A stretch of 64,000 nt of DNA from Geosiphon pyriformis uo1. Lineage: Eukaryota > Fungi > Glomeromycota. Position numbers and translations under genes: made by a program. Shown here piece by piece: positions 61,827 through 64,000 of this stretch; the first letter of the stretch is position 1; every line of letters starts with the position of its first letter. The notes below the pieces were generated by a model. It was not told the origin of the DNA. It saw only the letters and a program-made list of their open reading frames with translations, and did not search any database. The stretch lies in the NCBI GenBank assembly GCA_016748015.1, contig JAAOMT010000607.1, positions 831,765 through 895,764 of the forward strand, in the 5' to 3' direction.

Positions 61827-64000
61827 TCACTGGATGATAAGTCTGGAGAGAGCATCGGCATTTTGATGATTAGCTCCTTTGTGGTGTTGAATGTCATAGT
61901 CAAATTTGTTCAAGTGGAGTATTCAGCGAGTTATCCATTTATGTTCCAGGTTTCTTTTGTTGTGTAGCCAAACCAAAGCTTGGTGATTTGTTACCACCAA
62001 AAATTTCACACCCTTAAGATATTTGTCCCAGTAGCTGGTAGCCCAAACTACTGTTAAGCATTCCTGCTCAGTAACTGAGTAGTTCCTTTCTGCTGGTGTG
62101 AGAGTTCTATTGGCATATGCTACAGCGTGTTCTCTGTTATCTTCATCTTTTTGGGAAAGAACAGCACCAAGTCCATAGCCAGATGCATCAGTGTGGAGGA
62201 TAAAAGATTGATCCAAATTAGGTTGCATGAGAATGGGTTCTGTAACCAGTTTTTCCTTCAGAATTTCAAATGCTTTTTGTTGATGAGTGCCCCAGTGATA
62301 ATTGATGTTTTTCCTAAGTAGCTGATTGAGAGGAGCAGTGATTATGGAGAAATCCTTGACAAACTTGTGATAATAAGAGGCCAAACCAAGAAAAAAGCAT
62401 AGTTCATGAACATTTATTGGTTGTCTAATGTTTTGAACTTTTTCAATTTTGGCTGGATCAGGGAAGATTCCATCTTTTGTAATAAGATGGCCAAGGAACT
62501 GGGTGGATTGACGTTCAAAGAATGATTTGATTGGATTGATCTTGAGACCAGCATTTCTAAGGAGGTCAAAAACCTTTTGCAAATATTCAAGGTGTTCATC
62601 CCAGGTTTTTGAGTATACTATTATGTCATCCAAGTAGACTAGAACAAAGTTTTCTTTTACTGATTCAAATACTTTGTCTATTAAGCATTGAAATGTAGGA
62701 GGAGCATTTGTGAGACCAAAAGACATGACTGTAAATTTGTAAGTACCATACTTGGTAATAAAGGCAGTTTTTTTTCTGCTTTCTGGATCCATCTCTACTT
62801 GCCAAAATCCAGCAGTTAAAGTCAATGGTTAAGAAGAAAGTGGCACCATGGAATTGGTCTAGCATTGCATCAATCTTGGAAAGTGGGTACATGTTTCTTT
62901 CAGTAATGGCATTTAATTGGCGATAGTTAACACAAAAGCGTAGGGTTCCTTCTTTCTTGGATACCACTACAACTGGAAATGCCCATTCACTCTTGGTTTT
63001 CTGTATGAATTCAAGGGTTTTCATTCAGGTTATTTCCTTTTTTATAAACTCATCATTGCGCCTGTTGGATTAATAAGGCTTCAAATGGATGGGGTAAGTT
63101 TCTTTGGTGATGATGGTGTGTTGTATCACATGTGTATGTCCAGGAGGTTCACCTTCTTTTAAGATAACTGGGCTGTTTCTAGCCAGCAGGTTTTCAATGT
63201 CTACTTTTCTTTCTTCTGGAGAGGGTTCTCTTTGTTCTACAACCAGTGATTGAATTTCAGGTGGTTTGTTTTCAAAGGACTTTTGGACTTCTTTTATTTC
63301 CTCTCGGAGTATCAAGCTGATTGGTTCTCAATCTTTGTAATAGATCAGGCAGGACATGCATTCATCACTAGGAGAGTACAATGGTTTGTCGCACCAGCAC
63401 TGGGCACAAGAACCATGCCACCAATAACTGTATTTGGCTTTCTTGCCTGGCTTTCTGTCAAAGATTTTTCTGAGCATGTCATAATAAGGCCAGCAGATCA
63501 GCTTGCCATTGACAATGATTCCTTCTTTATCTGCCTTGACATTATCCAGTGGTTTGTCATTGCTAGTGAAGATGGTATAGGCGAGTTCAGCAGTTTCTTC
63601 TTGTTCTTCTTGTTCTTCTTCTTCCTCACTTTCTTCATCATCTGATTCATCTGATTCATTTTCTTCTGGGCTCTGCTTGGGTACTGGAGGAGTTGTCCAA
63701 TGGTGACACTTAACCACAATGGGTTTCTTACCACATCTGATGGTTAGTTCACAGAGTTCATAATCAAGCAAAGCCTTTGCTTTCTTGAGCCATTCATTGC
63801 TAACAATGATGGTGTATTCTTTTGCTTCAGACACTTCTATATCAGTTTCAATGCTGATGCCATTAATGTGGACAGGAATAGCTTTGGCTATGCCAAGCCC
63901 TTTTTTCTTATTACCATGCACATTGGTCATTGGTCATGTGGATGGTTCATCAATTTTTCTGCCAATTGCTTCAAGAAAGTGTTTGGCAATAACACTAACA
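61827..64000 (-). pseudogene. Gypsy-C pol (PR C-terminus, acidic/Cys-rich linker, RT, RNase H)
   Basis: ORF fragments starting at 63930, 63315, 63024 and 62825; YLDD intact. Confidence 0.88.

Larger units (their letters stand above)
59280..64000 (-). mobile_element. Ty3/Gypsy LTR retrotransposon C (3' part; runs off the window), nested in the Gypsy-B 5' LTR
   Basis: New TGTTATGG terminus at 59280 where B-LTR similarity stops; PR tail, FCVNYRQLN, VYLDDIIVYS, LHTDAS, NADALSR; integrase 61761-60477 (HTDPLAGH..CNTC); no dUTPase; N gap 59801-60240. Confidence 0.92.

Overview
Eukaryotic, intron-containing fungal DNA. The repeat content resembles what I recall of Glomeromycota (Geosiphon-like); this is an inference, not a search result. 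The first 15 kb holds four host genes separated by extremely AT-rich decayed repeats: a MUG113/T5orf172 (GIY-YIG-like) protein truncated by the window start, a low-complexity hypothetical gene, mitochondrial RSM22/METTL17, and an RGG/CCCH-like gene on the minus strand. The rest (15-64 kb) is a nested retrotransposon cluster. It contains two RNase H-bearing LINEs tail-to-tail, a LINE 3' fragment, an ORF1-only LINE-like relic, solo LTRs, a non-autonomous LTR element and three minus-strand Ty3/Gypsy elements (A, B, C), all eroded by C>T/G>A transitions. The main finding is the shared architecture of the three divergent Gypsy elements. The pol frame stops exactly four codons after the RNase H 'LSR' motif. 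Integrase is a separate ATG-initiated ORF behind a CAA-rich spacer, followed by a conserved non-membrane third ORF. A and B also carry a Cys-rich domain and a dUTPase in the polyprotein and a putative GUG-initiated Gag extension. LTR insertions have 4-bp TSDs and TGTTA..TAACA ends, and two LTR families carry a PBS-complementary, tRNA-end-like motif in U5.
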